Below, piece after piece: positions 18,162 through 28,709 of a stretch of DNA of 64,000 nt (position 1 is its first letter; every line of letters begins with the position of its first letter). This DNA comes from an uncultured Desulfosarcina sp. (lineage in GTDB: Bacteria; Desulfobacterota; Desulfobacteria; Desulfobacterales; Desulfosarcinaceae), in contig CAXXWQ010000004.1 in NCBI GenBank assembly GCA_963674945.2, positions 1,792,001 through 1,856,000 on the forward strand, given 5' to 3'. Made by a program: the position numbers and the translations under genes. The notes beneath the pieces were generated by a model that was not told the DNA's origin, made no database searches, and was given only the letters and a program-made list of their open reading frames with translations.

Positions 18162-19169
18162 CTAATATCTAATGATAACTTTCAAGGCTTTATTTACATC
18201 GCTTGCGGTCTCGAATGCATTCACAAGCTGTTCCCAAGGAAATTCATGCGTGATGATCGACTCGATATGCCAATTTCCGCTTTCCATCATGGCCATAACG
18301 TCAATGACATCCTCGGCTTCATACCCGCCCGAACCAATAAGACTATTCCGAGAATGCGACAACAATAAAAGATTAATGGTCGCTAATTCGCTATGCGCCC
18401 CGATGATTACCAGTCTGCTTTCGATTTTAGCCATAGCCATAAACGTTTCAATTATCTCCGTTACTCCTACCGCATCGATGTAGATATCGACATTTGCCGT
18501 TGGGCCACTGATCGCCCGGGCCTCACCGAATATCTCAGTCGCTTTTGCTTTCAAGTCTTCCTTACGGAAATTACAGATTTCAAAGCCCAGCTTCTTGGCT
18601 ATCTCCAGCCGTAAATCAGATACATCGACCACCATAACTTGCTTACAACCAAAATATTTTAGGGCAATCGCTGCGGCTGTACCGATCCCGCCCGCTCCGA
18701 AAACGATAGCGGTTTCATCCGGCTTGGGCTGAGCTCTACGGGCGCCGCGAGTAGCTACAGTGAAAGGTTCGATCAGACAGGCAGCCTTGGATGAGATTTT
18801 GTCGCTGACCTTAAATACTTGTTTGTTCAATTGGGCGTTTGGGATCAGCACATTTTCTGAAAATCCGCCTACACAGCCAATACGTTTGGGATCGCCTTTT
18901 GCCGGCCTCGGATAAGGGTAAACGCGATCCCCGATTAGGATATCTTTGACATTTTTCCCTACTTCAACTACTTCAGAAACCATTTCATGCCCAAACTCAC
19001 CTCCAATGGCAACTCTTTTGGCCCTGAGACCAATGTTGTAAATTGAAACATCGGAACCGCAAATACTAGCGTAGATATTCTTTAGCAAGATATCGTTATC
19101 TCCGCAAAAATCTGTCTTCAATTCGGTCAATACGATGTTCTTTACGCCATTGTACAGGGCTGCCCTCAT
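18162..19169 (-). CDS. Zn-dependent (MDR family) alcohol dehydrogenase
   Basis: SICGSD, FGHEM, VFGAGGIG; also lacks the structural zinc lobe. Confidence 0.9.
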   Translation of the reverse strand: MRAALYNGVKNIVLTELKTDFCGDNDILLKNIYASICGSDVSIYNIGLRAKRVAIGGEFGHEMVSEVVEVGKNVKDILIGDRVYPYPRPAKGDPKRIGCVGGFSENVLIPNAQLNKQVFKVSDKISSKAACLIEPFTVATRGARRAQPKPDETAIVFGAGGIGTAAAIALKYFGCKQVMVVDVSDLRLEIAKKLGFEICNFRKEDLKAKATEIFGEARAISGPTANVDIYIDAVGVTEIIETFMAMAKIESRLVIIGAHSELATINLLLLSHSRNSLIGSGGYEAEDVIDVMAMMESGNWHIESIITHEFPWEQLVNAFETASDVNKALKVIIRY

Positions 19170-19410
19170 ATGGTGATCTCCTTTCCAAATATTCAGTCAT
19201 TTCAATTTAAAATTAAATTGGTGCATTTGGCAAGTTCGTCTCAAACTACAAAATCGGAAAAATGCGTTCCAGCATAGTGTTACCACTACAAACTTTCAAA
19301 GAAATAGAAACCTGATCAAACCAGACTTATTTCATTAAAAAATGTTTCGAACTCCCCAGGGTTAAGTGTCTTCTATCAAATTGATAGGGTCTGATGATAT
19401 CAGATAATTT

Positions 19411-19657
19411 TCAATTCGATATTATCAATTCTTTGCCAATCTTTTGTTTGCCTACCGCAACCGAATATTTCAGGGTGACGGGCTGAATCTCGAATGCATC
19501 GAATACACCCCGGATATCCGGATGGTCATTAAGGCTCAATATAAACCGTCCTTTGATCCTGGCCAAAACATCGGCCATCTTTTCAAAATCCGGCAACGCC
19601 AGGTTATGGGCATAGAACGGACATTTATAATAAGGTGGATCGCAATAGAACAATGTT
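19411..19657 (-). pseudogene. 3' remnant of Dam-type DNA adenine methyltransferase
   Basis: LFYCDPPY...IKGRFILSLNDHPDIR...ELIISN; cut at the IS end. Confidence 0.85.
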
Positions 19658-22113
19658 CAGGAAACTTGATTTCCTAATTGTTGCATATGGCAAGCAAAAC
19701 ATAATGTAAGTGGTTGAAAAACAGAAAGATAGGAGTCTGAATCCAGCAGGCCGGTAAGGTATTGCAACCGGAAAATGAACATGGCACCTTTAACCTTATT
19801 ATCTTGGCGGATAAATGAAAGGAAAAGGATGCCATGCCTCAACAGATACTACCACTTATTCCTCGGGGTGCAAGACAAATCAACGGGCTTGTCAGTGTAT
19901 TTCGTGACGATACGACCTGGACCTATTTTCTATCGACCGTTCCGATTTATTCTCACAGACAAGGCGATCAACGAATGTTTCGGATGATAACAGCCCAACT
20001 GGTTGAATCCGGAGCTTGCCGCCAGATCGATATCCAAAACACATTCGGCGTATCCAAGAGCAATGTCATCCGATCCGTGAACAAACTCAGGTCCGGCGGC
20101 GCCGAGGCATTTTTCGTTCAGCGGCGGGGACGACGCGGCGGCAAGGTTTTCAAACCTGAGGTGCTTGAACAAGCCCAACGTTTACTGGATCAAGGGTGCT
20201 CGAAAAAAGATGCCGCCCTGGAACTTGGCATTAAATACGATACGTTTCGCAAAGCTATAGATGATGGTCGGTTAATCGAATCAAGGATTGGTGAACCGTG
20301 TCTAACCAAATCAGATCGGGACATGGTCGACATGGCTGCTGCCGATGGTATGGGGACGGCTTGCAACCGAGTCGGGGAACGCATATTGGCATCATTGGGC
20401 AAAATGGTTGGTGCGCCGGTTCGTTTTGACAGATGCCTGGACGTTCCCAAAGCAGGCGTTCTTTGTGCGATACCGTCATTGGTGGCAAACGGGTTGTTTA
20501 CCGGCGCAAAACAGTTCCTCGGCCAAGTCAAAGGCTATTACACGATCTTTCATGTCTTGTTGCTGCTTTCGTTTATGGCCTTATGCAGGATCAAGACGAC
20601 AGAAAAAATACGAGGCCATGCTCCGGGAGAATTTGGTAAGTTATTGGGCTTGGATCGTGCACCGGAGGTTCGCTGTTTGCGTTACAAGATGGATGCGTTG
20701 AGCGCAGACCACGGCGCGGAAAAGTGGGCCGCATACCTCGGTAAATACTGGATGGAACAGGCGCCCGAATCGGTTGGCGCGCTTTATGTTGACGGGCATG
20801 TACGTGTTTATCATGGAAAATTGACCCGACTACCGCGCCGCTACGTGTCCCGGGAACGATTGTGCATGAGGGGCATTACCGACTATTGGGTTAACGATGC
20901 GATTGGCCGACCTTTTTTTGTCGTCGAAAAGCAGATCGATCCTGGATTATTGGCGGTTTTAAGAGACGATATCGTTCCCCGGTTGTTGCAAGACGTTCCG
21001 AATCAACCCGGTTTGCAGCAACTACAAGAGAACCCATGTTTATGCCGGTTCGTTCTTGTTTTCGACAGGGAAGGATATAGTCCCGCATTCTTCAAGGAAA
21101 TGTGGGATCGCCATCGAATCGGCTGCATGACGTATCATAAGCATCCTGGTGAATCATGGCCGGAGCATTGGTTCACCGAGTATGAAGTTGCGATGCCAAA
21201 CAAAGAGGTGGTGAAGATGCGGCTTTGCGAAATGGGTAGTTTGGTGGGATCTGGTAAGGGTGCAACATGGATGCGACAAGTGCGAAAACTGACCGATTCC
21301 GGACACCAGACCAGCGTAATCAGCACCGCTTTCGATTTGCCGCATACTCAATTGGCAGCACGCATGTTCAGCCGGTGGTGTCAGGAAAACTTTTTCAACT
21401 ATATGATGCAACATTTTGATATCGATGTGCTTTTAGATTATGGTGTCGTTGAATTTCCTGATACCGAACGGGTAATCAACCCCGTTTGGCGGCAATTGAA
21501 TCAATCCCGTAATTCGTTGCAGAACAAGCTACGATATCGTCGTGCCTGTTTTGCCGAGATGACCATTCACCCTGAAAATGAAGACAAACCGGTAAAGTTT
21601 AAGAAGTGGATAGAGAAAAAGGCCGAGCTGTTAGAAGAAATCGAAAAGATGGAGTATCAACTCAGCGAGTTGAAAGAAAAACGAAAACAGACAAGTAAAC
21701 ACATCACGTGGGGAGAACTTGAAGCAAAAGATAAATTTTTACGTTTACAACCGGGCAGAAAACGCCTGATGGACACGGTTCGTATGATTGCATATCGTGC
21801 AGAGACGGCAATGGTTGGGTTGCTCACGGGTCCGACGGTAAACTCGTCGGATGCACGGAGTCTTCTCCAGACACTGTTCCAGACCGAAGGCGATGTACTG
21901 CCCGATATTGAAAATCAGCAATTGAATATACGATTGCACGGCGCTTCGTTCCCAGCGGCCAATCGGGCTCTTTGCCAACTGTTTGCGCATCTGAACAGTG
22001 CGCAGGTAAAATACCCCGGTACCGAGCTGCAAATGATATTCGAACTAAATGGCTGCAGCACCTCAAATCATGCCGGAGGTGTCACATAGTTTTCCCGGAG
22101 ATGCAGTGTTCTG
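19658..22113 (+). mobile_element. insertion sequence, unclassified/ISNCY-like
   Basis: Imperfect IRs CAGGAAACTTGATTTCC / GGAGATGCAGTGTTCTG; no target duplication; flanks come from distant prophage positions. Confidence 0.75.
19834..22089 (+). CDS. large DDE transposase (751 aa)
   Basis: LYVDGHVRVY, LVFDREGYS, RWCQENFF; N-terminal HTH. Confidence 0.85.
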   Translation: MPQQILPLIPRGARQINGLVSVFRDDTTWTYFLSTVPIYSHRQGDQRMFRMITAQLVESGACRQIDIQNTFGVSKSNVIRSVNKLRSGGAEAFFVQRRGRRGGKVFKPEVLEQAQRLLDQGCSKKDAALELGIKYDTFRKAIDDGRLIESRIGEPCLTKSDRDMVDMAAADGMGTACNRVGERILASLGKMVGAPVRFDRCLDVPKAGVLCAIPSLVANGLFTGAKQFLGQVKGYYTIFHVLLLLSFMALCRIKTTEKIRGHAPGEFGKLLGLDRAPEVRCLRYKMDALSADHGAEKWAAYLGKYWMEQAPESVGALYVDGHVRVYHGKLTRLPRRYVSRERLCMRGITDYWVNDAIGRPFFVVEKQIDPGLLAVLRDDIVPRLLQDVPNQPGLQQLQENPCLCRFVLVFDREGYSPAFFKEMWDRHRIGCMTYHKHPGESWPEHWFTEYEVAMPNKEVVKMRLCEMGSLVGSGKGATWMRQVRKLTDSGHQTSVISTAFDLPHTQLAARMFSRWCQENFFNYMMQHFDIDVLLDYGVVEFPDTERVINPVWRQLNQSRNSLQNKLRYRRACFAEMTIHPENEDKPVKFKKWIEKKAELLEEIEKMEYQLSELKEKRKQTSKHITWGELEAKDKFLRLQPGRKRLMDTVRMIAYRAETAMVGLLTGPTVNSSDARSLLQTLFQTEGDVLPDIENQQLNIRLHGASFPAANRALCQLFAHLNSAQVKYPGTELQMIFELNGCSTSNHAGGVT

Positions 22114-22221
22114 AAATTTTCGTCGTTTTCCATTTTTTAATTCTCCAATAAAACCAGAAAATCGATAACCAAGCGAGAATCTGTCTTTCTCATATCCACA
22201 TTCTTTAGTTTCCATTGACCG

Positions 22222-22767
22222 TCACGCGGCTTCTCCACAAAATGGACAGGGTTTCCCCTTCTCGATATTATCCGCCTGAATCCCGCAAGCCCCACAGATC
22301 GGCGTTTTATGATAAACAGACTCGGTGTTGCCTCGATAAGCACCGCTTCGCTCTGACATGATGCGTAGGACTTCTTTGTTTCGGTCGATCTCCCCGGAAA
22401 TTCCGTAAGCCACTTTTCTCAGCCAGTTGTGATCTTTCAATGGCAAATCCAATGTTGGATTCTGCAATGCGCGGTCCATTGCCGCCGCCCATGCCATAGG
22501 GTTATTGGGATGGACGGCCCCTCGGTTCCAGGCGATTCCGTTTTTCTCGACCAACGCTTTGAGCGCTTCGGCATGGGTGCGAGTGGTCGACCACGCCATC
22601 GGCCGGATCCCGGAAAGGGGACGGAACAGCCCAAAGTACGCCAGCACCCGACGGCTTATTTCCGTCGGCAACTCGGAGCAGATATTCAACACAGCCTCCA
22701 CATCAACCTCCGCCGCCCATGCGTCCGCACTCGCGCGCATCCGGCATGCAGGACATTTCAAAATCAT
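22222..22767 (-). CDS. Mu-like phage hypothetical protein with CxxC motifs
   Basis: Homologue of 2124-2669. Confidence 0.8.
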   Translation of the reverse strand: MILKCPACRMRASADAWAAEVDVEAVLNICSELPTEISRRVLAYFGLFRPLSGIRPMAWSTTRTHAEALKALVEKNGIAWNRGAVHPNNPMAWAAAMDRALQNPTLDLPLKDHNWLRKVAYGISGEIDRNKEVLRIMSERSGAYRGNTESVYHKTPICGACGIQADNIEKGKPCPFCGEAA

Positions 22768-23270
22768 CTCAAGTGCTCCTCGATATAGCGTGCAATATCA
22801 GGATCGCCCCAATTTCTATTCATCCACCGGTCTCCAAAATTCTTCTTCATCTGATTTTCGAACATCTTCTTCAGCCCCTCGATAGCCAAATATGCCTCTT
22901 GTGCTGTTTTTACCCGCTTTATCGAATACCGTTTGACCAGCCACCGGGAAAGTCCGTCCTTTACCCGCCAATCGATCAGCCGGGCCAGGGCGCCGATCTT
23001 CTCATGCTGTGCAAGACTGGCCAGCTTCACCATATTCCCTTTTTGCCGTGGGGTTGGTTTCGCTGCCGGCCGCCGGCGCTTTACTCGAAACCCTTTTTTC
23101 CGCAGCTCCGCTAAAAATAGATCCGCCTGCGCGGACGAAATTTCACAGGTGCTCTCGACACCGAACCGCTCCAGCAACATGTCTGCCTTGATGGACTTTT
23201 CGATCTTCAATTGCCCGCAAGCGATCCCGATCAATTGCCGTTGTCGTTTTGTGCTGGGTATCATCGTCAC
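22764..23270 (-). CDS. GemA/gp16 (DUF1018) family protein
   Basis: Homologue of 2666-3172. Confidence 0.8.
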   Translation of the reverse strand: MTMIPSTKRQRQLIGIACGQLKIEKSIKADMLLERFGVESTCEISSAQADLFLAELRKKGFRVKRRRPAAKPTPRQKGNMVKLASLAQHEKIGALARLIDWRVKDGLSRWLVKRYSIKRVKTAQEAYLAIEGLKKMFENQMKKNFGDRWMNRNWGDPDIARYIEEHLR

Positions 23271-23974
23271 ACTCCGATCTCGGCCATCAGCTTGCGCAAT
23301 TCGTCGGCTTTGGTCATCATGGCCCGCACCTGGTCCTTGGGAAGCAGCACGCTACCGAACTTTTTGCCCAATCGGCGAAGCTCGCCGGCAAACCGTTCGG
23401 GCTCCCTGGTCATCTTTTCCAGCAAGGCGTCCACCACTTCGATATGAACGGATTGGTCACCAGGAAGAGGAGTGTCGGGTGACTCACCGGCCATGTTTTC
23501 AAACTCGAAGGTGAGCTGCTTCACCATGTCAGCTAATACCGCCTTTTTCCCTCGGCTGGCCTTGATAAGCCCGGTCATTCCGCGCATCCGAAACGTGTCG
23601 TAAAACTCGTCGGCCTCGGCCTTGGTCGCCCCGATGAAATAACCGTTGTGATAACCGGCGGATGAAAAAAGAGGGATGTTGGGATGCCTGATCAGTAAGT
23701 GATTATGAAGATGCCGAAGGTCCCGCTTCCATTTTCCCAACGTGCTCGAGTGTTTTTTGGCTATCTCTTTAACCAGGTCGTCGAACGAATCCTCATCGAT
23801 TCGAATGCCGTCCAATGTGTAATGGAGCAAAGTCGCCAGCGCGTTTGCCGAAATCCGGTTCTCCTTGCCAACGTGATCCACCCATAAAAGGCCCAAAAAA
23901 GTGGATTCGTATGGAGTCAACTTTATGCTATGGATCCCGGTGTCCGGATTGTATCCAAGGTTCTCAAGATTCAT
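23267..23974 (-). CDS. winged-helix-like phage protein
   Basis: Homologue of 3169-3876. Confidence 0.65.
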   Translation of the reverse strand: MNLENLGYNPDTGIHSIKLTPYESTFLGLLWVDHVGKENRISANALATLLHYTLDGIRIDEDSFDDLVKEIAKKHSSTLGKWKRDLRHLHNHLLIRHPNIPLFSSAGYHNGYFIGATKAEADEFYDTFRMRGMTGLIKASRGKKAVLADMVKQLTFEFENMAGESPDTPLPGDQSVHIEVVDALLEKMTREPERFAGELRRLGKKFGSVLLPKDQVRAMMTKADELRKLMAEIGV

Positions 23975-23983
23975 GGCGATCTC

Positions 23984-24166
23984 CTAAAACGTTGTGCTAT
24001 GGGTAAGACCCATGTCTTCCATCAATTTGCGCATGGCAACCAGGGAGAGGATGGCACACTGTTTCGATTCCCGGCTCTGTTCGTCCACGACGGTAATGCC
24101 CTGGAGGTCCATGAAAGCATCGTTCAATTTTTCATGCATCTGGTTGACCTTTGTTTGTCTATCCAT
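23984..24166 (-). CDS. small phage hypothetical protein
   Basis: Identical protein to 3886-4068. Confidence 0.7.
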   Translation of the reverse strand: MDRQTKVNQMHEKLNDAFMDLQGITVVDEQSRESKQCAILSLVAMRKLMEDMGLTHSTTF

Positions 24167-24186
24167 CAGCCGCCTCCCAATTTTAT

Positions 24187-25470
24187 TTAGATTGCCATTA
24201 CGACATCCGAGGTGATTCTCGTCTCACCCATCTCGAACGCCAGATTCATGGCCCGGGCCACATAGTTGTTCACCAGGAGCGGGTAGGCGTGAGAGATTTT
24301 CTGTTTTCCGTCCCGGCTGGTACTGGTGAGACGCTTTCCAAGTGCTTCGTATGCATCTTCGGAAAAGATGTCGGACGCATTTTTCCCGACTCGTCTGAAT
24401 TTCACGGCCAGATACTCGCCCAAATGCCCGTTAAGCCCCTTGATTTCAGCGATCTGGACGCGCCGGATCACCTCCCGCATGTCCACGTTCGTGCTCTCGT
24501 TGAATGTGTGCTTCAACTCGGTCTGGCCGATCAGGATGATCCCGAGAAGTTTCCGGTACCCATCTTCCAGCTCATAGAAACGTTTCAGGTACTTTAGCGT
24601 GTTCACGTTCAGATCGTGGGCCTCCTCAATGATCAACACCGCCCGGTACCCGGACTTGGCGCGATCCAACAAAAGCCGCCGGACCTGGCGGCTTTTCGCC
24701 TCCAGTTTCACCATGCATCGCTCGCTGCTGATATCCTGGATTATGGCGTCGCAGATCGATGCGGCGGTCAAACGGGTCTTATCGATGGTCTGCGGGTAAA
24801 TTGTCAGGGTGTCGCCGTCCCGCTTTAGCTGCTCGATCACCTTCCTGCGCATTACGCTTTTCCCGCTTCCTACCTCTCCGATCACGGCGAGGAATCCGCC
24901 GTGTTGGGCCGCATCCAGCATGGCCGCCTCGATGTACCGGTGCTCGTCGCTCATGTAGATATCCGTGTCCTTCTGGATATCGTCCAAAAACGGGTTGCGA
25001 AACAATTTGAAGTGCTTGAGTGCTTCCTGGTTGATCATCTCCACCTCCAGGGTGACGTTGATTTCAAATGGATTTCCCTTTACCATTGCAGGCCGCCTGT
25101 TGGCCTTCGATCTGCCGTTCCCCGATCTTTTCGCATGCCCGGACGGCATGACGTACAGTTTTTCATCCCCGGAAGGATTCCATATATCGCCGACCACCAT
25201 CCCGCGAAGCGCAAGCCATTCCATCGCAACATGGCTTTCTTCGATGAGAGCCTCCACCGCCTTAGAAAAAGATGGATTGCGCGGGGGAAGGTAGCCTTTG
25301 TTCAGGGCAAGGTTGATCGTTGGCCGGCTGATTTGCTGCCCGGTAATGAACGAGATAGACGAAGACAGATCTTCCTGGGTAATGTCGCAGTCGGTCATCA
25401 ATTGCTTCAGCCAGATCGGCTTCGACGGAAGGTCGTTGCCGTATGTTTTTGGTTGTGTGCAGGTTTTCAT
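24187..25470 (-). CDS. MuB/ExeA-like AAA transposition ATPase with N-terminal HTH
   Basis: Walker A/B intact; N-terminal 140 aa diverged from copy 1. Confidence 0.9.
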   Translation of the reverse strand: MKTCTQPKTYGNDLPSKPIWLKQLMTDCDITQEDLSSSISFITGQQISRPTINLALNKGYLPPRNPSFSKAVEALIEESHVAMEWLALRGMVVGDIWNPSGDEKLYVMPSGHAKRSGNGRSKANRRPAMVKGNPFEINVTLEVEMINQEALKHFKLFRNPFLDDIQKDTDIYMSDEHRYIEAAMLDAAQHGGFLAVIGEVGSGKSVMRRKVIEQLKRDGDTLTIYPQTIDKTRLTAASICDAIIQDISSERCMVKLEAKSRQVRRLLLDRAKSGYRAVLIIEEAHDLNVNTLKYLKRFYELEDGYRKLLGIILIGQTELKHTFNESTNVDMREVIRRVQIAEIKGLNGHLGEYLAVKFRRVGKNASDIFSEDAYEALGKRLTSTSRDGKQKISHAYPLLVNNYVARAMNLAFEMGETRITSDVVMAI

Positions 25471-25487
25471 GTGTGTTCTCCTTTTGG

Positions 25488-27170
25488 TTACATTGCCTCG
25501 GCGACAGGCCCGGCATCCCGCCAGTCATTGCCGTCGGCCATCGCCATGACGATTTCATCCGCCCGCGCTGCAGGTACGCTCCCGCCAAATGTTTTCCGGA
25601 GTTCGGTATTTATTTGCGGTGTTACGCGAACGCCGGCGTCGCGTAGCTTCTTGAATAACTCGACGATGGGAATCTGTTTGAGGGCCACGTCCCGGCCGAC
25701 TTCCATAGGTGTTCCGCGCCGCCGCATGGGAACGGCATCCACCTTGTCGCTCTGATGCCCGAACACCTGAAGCGTACCTCCAAACGGCAGGTCGGTTTTT
25801 TTCCTCTCATCACCGTAGGCCAAATTCTCGTTTGACTTCCGGGTCTTGTCCACCAATGTATCCGGGTTGGACTTGTATTCCTGTCCGATGATGGCGCTGT
25901 CCGCCCGGAACCTGCCGATGCCGGGAAGCTCCCCGATGGGCGAAACAAGATATTCCGTGTCATTGAAAACGACTGTCACCTCCGGCCAGTGATACGGACG
26001 CAGCACAACTTGAACCTTTCTCCCGGGGCGGATTCCTTCGATATGCTTTAGACGGTATTCCTCCGAACGGAACGTGATGGTGTTGTCCTGGCGAACGGTG
26101 CGCGTTACCTCCGGCTCGGCGTAAAGGTCGCGAAGGATCTCGTCCGACGGCATGTCCCGGATCTGGTCCTCTTTGACCGTCAACCAGCAGGCCGTCCGGG
26201 TCATCCTGTGCCGACTGTGAATTTTTTTGTCGTTCCATTCTACGAGCCAGTCCGTCACCCACTCGTTCAACTCCTCGATGGTGGTGGCCGGTTCGAACCG
26301 CAGCCGCGCCTCGAACCGTGTTTCCACGATGTTTTGGGCGTTTTCGGCGGATCCCTGGCGCCGTGGGTTGTGGGGCATGTTCTCCGGCATCTCGATTTCA
26401 AGTCGTTTAAGAAGTGCCATGATACCTTTAGCGGTGTTTGCGCTGCCGGCATCCATCAATAGATAGAACGGAACGCCACGAAACGGCGATTTTTCATGAT
26501 GCCCGCCGCGCCACGCCGATGTAAGAAAATCAAAGGTCATCCTCGCGTTTTCGCCGTCTGCGATGTAGTATTTTACGAACAAGTGGTGAGAAAAATGGTC
26601 GGCCAAAACCATACGCCAAATACGGTTTTTGATAGCCTTGTAGTTTTTCGGTTTCTTCTCTCGAAAATCCCGTTGATCCATAAAACCGAGATCTTTCCCT
26701 TTTTTCATGTAATACTGAATGCATGGGGATGCGTCGAAAATATGCACATGGTTTGGATGCAAACTGGCCATACGGATCGATGGCGTTATGCTGTTCAAGG
26801 CCGCAGCGTTCATGTCCCGCTCCCTGAGTATGGATTGCATCCTGGCCGCCGATATCCGGCCGGGCTCGATGATGCCGTTGTCCTCGGCGATGGAAAGCGC
26901 CTCCGTAACCGGCAGGATCGTACCCTTCACCTCCCTTGCGGACACCTGGACAAGGGAAGAGACGTACTGGATCTGATGTTCGTCAAGGCGGCACGATCCG
27001 TTGTCGCACCGTTTCTTTCGGCCGCTGGAAAAGCCGTGTTTCCTGGCAATCCGGTACAAGGTCGCCGCGCTCTTTCCGGTAAGGTCCCGGTACTCTGCGA
27101 TGATCCGGTCCTTTTCTCCGTTCACCGCCCGGTTCAGGCGGCAGGCCATCTCCCGCGCCCAATCCATCAT
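25488..27170 (-). CDS. Mu-like DDE transposase
   Basis: 560 aa, 8 substitutions vs copy 1 by eye. Confidence 0.9.
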   Translation of the reverse strand: MMDWAREMACRLNRAVNGEKDRIIAEYRDLTGKSAATLYRIARKHGFSSGRKKRCDNGSCRLDEHQIQYVSSLVQVSAREVKGTILPVTEALSIAEDNGIIEPGRISAARMQSILRERDMNAAALNSITPSIRMASLHPNHVHIFDASPCIQYYMKKGKDLGFMDQRDFREKKPKNYKAIKNRIWRMVLADHFSHHLFVKYYIADGENARMTFDFLTSAWRGGHHEKSPFRGVPFYLLMDAGSANTAKGIMALLKRLEIEMPENMPHNPRRQGSAENAQNIVETRFEARLRFEPATTIEELNEWVTDWLVEWNDKKIHSRHRMTRTACWLTVKEDQIRDMPSDEILRDLYAEPEVTRTVRQDNTITFRSEEYRLKHIEGIRPGRKVQVVLRPYHWPEVTVVFNDTEYLVSPIGELPGIGRFRADSAIIGQEYKSNPDTLVDKTRKSNENLAYGDERKKTDLPFGGTLQVFGHQSDKVDAVPMRRRGTPMEVGRDVALKQIPIVELFKKLRDAGVRVTPQINTELRKTFGGSVPAARADEIVMAMADGNDWRDAGPVAEAM

Positions 27171-28123
27171 TACGCCTCCGCCGCTTCATCCGTCCTTGCC
27201 CGTAGATGTGGAGGGACCCAATCGTCATCGATCTCCGGGTCTCCATACATCTCCGATGCGGTATCAAAGGTCGCATCGACGACGCGTTTGAAGTAGTCCA
27301 GGGTGTGCATCAGCTTGGCGCGCATCCGCACGGTGGCATTTTCCGGAAGCGGGTTTTTTTCAGGGTCGTATTTCATGAAAAACCCGTCGATGATGGTACG
27401 GGAATTATCCAGATCTTGGCAGATCGCATCTTCCTCTGCGGTAAGACCCTTTGCCTCGGCCCTGCCTTCCAGAACAGCAAGCTCTTTTGCCTGCAGGTTC
27501 AACACATTCTCCTTATCTTTCAGGACCTTGTCTTTTGCAGCGATGGTCGCCGTTTTCTCCTCGATTTCCTTGTTTTTTCCCTCCAGGAGGGATTCGATGG
27601 CAGCTTGCAGATCTTCTGCATAATCGGATGCGAGAGGGATGCGCTCCTCACCGATGGTAACGAACTCGGCATCGATGACGATGTCACCGTTGTTGGCGAT
27701 CTGGCGAAGCTTGCGGAGCTCGCGGTAACCGACACGGAAACTGCTGACGTCGGCCAAAAATGCTTCACCAAAAGTTTGAAGATTTAATAGATCCTCATCA
27801 ACTTTTTGCCTTGATAACCCAATGTAATCACAAAACTTTTGCCATGTTCCGATATTAGGTAATTCCTTATAAATCTTTTGGCTCTTTACATCTCTCAGCC
27901 ACATCAAATTGCTAACGTCAGCAAATTTTGAAACCAAATTTAATCCTTGGATACGTCCGATTACCTCATGACATTGGGCGATCAACGACTCACGTTTCCG
28001 CTGATCCTCACGTTTCAATCTCTCTTTCTCCACCTCAATTTCAACAATAGATTGTGCAGCCGCATGATCCGCCGCGACTCGCTCTTTCCCAGCTATCTTG
28101 TCGATAATGCTTTTTTTCGCCAT
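27170..28123 (-). CDS. DUF3102-like phage protein with coiled coil
   Basis: Homologue of 7072-8025 with diverged internal block. Confidence 0.65.
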   Translation of the reverse strand: MAKKSIIDKIAGKERVAADHAAAQSIVEIEVEKERLKREDQRKRESLIAQCHEVIGRIQGLNLVSKFADVSNLMWLRDVKSQKIYKELPNIGTWQKFCDYIGLSRQKVDEDLLNLQTFGEAFLADVSSFRVGYRELRKLRQIANNGDIVIDAEFVTIGEERIPLASDYAEDLQAAIESLLEGKNKEIEEKTATIAAKDKVLKDKENVLNLQAKELAVLEGRAEAKGLTAEEDAICQDLDNSRTIIDGFFMKYDPEKNPLPENATVRMRAKLMHTLDYFKRVVDATFDTASEMYGDPEIDDDWVPPHLRARTDEAAEA

Positions 28124-28132
28124 TTACGCCTC

Positions 28133-28423
28133 CTATTCGCCAAGTTCCAATAAAGTCTTGTCGATATGATTTCTCGCTGAAAGCAGCTTGGATCTTCGCC
28201 TGGCCCACAAAAGGGCCATGCCGTCTCCGAGTTCCCAGTGTTCTCCGATCCGTCGGACGATTCCGGCATCCTCGAGGGTGACCAGGTGGCACATGCATGT
28301 GCCGTACTGCATCTCAAGCGCCTCCGCCGCATCTGCCCCGGATACCGGCTCGCGCCGATCCGACAGGTATTTGATTATCTCGACGGCCGTTTTTACCGCG
28401 TTGATTCGTTTGTAAGTCTTCAC
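28133..28423 (-). CDS. IclR-type HTH protein
   Basis: Homologue of 8035-8325. Confidence 0.8.
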   Translation of the reverse strand: MKTYKRINAVKTAVEIIKYLSDRREPVSGADAAEALEMQYGTCMCHLVTLEDAGIVRRIGEHWELGDGMALLWARRRSKLLSARNHIDKTLLELGE

Positions 28424-28698
28424 GCAACCTCCATTGATTTCGATCCTTTATAACAGTGCATTCCAGTGGGATATTTTTTTCCCATTACAGCTTGAACCAG
28501 ATGTCCACGACATTCAGTCGCCGATCTATAGAGATACTTTTCCTTGATTTCACCGATATTAACGAGCATATCTCTGGCCATCGCTTTTGAAATATAGAGG
28601 TCTGGGGGAGTACTTTTATTAACTTCTTCCTGAAAGGCATCTATAATTTGCTTGTTTGTAGGCCATTTACTCTCTTCGATTTCCCTGCAGGTTTTCAT
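28420..28698 (-). CDS. hypothetical protein unique to copy 2
   Basis: 92 aa, GGAG RBS, stop overlaps next start; absent in copy 1. Confidence 0.7.
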   Translation of the reverse strand: MKTCREIEESKWPTNKQIIDAFQEEVNKSTPPDLYISKAMARDMLVNIGEIKEKYLYRSATECRGHLVQAVMGKKYPTGMHCYKGSKSMEVA

Positions 28699-28709
28699 TT
28701 TTGCTCCAT

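Noticed and set aside
19656..19663. TTCAGGAA as a third target-site copy
   Set aside because: It overlaps the IS inverted repeat and has no phage end boxes beside it.
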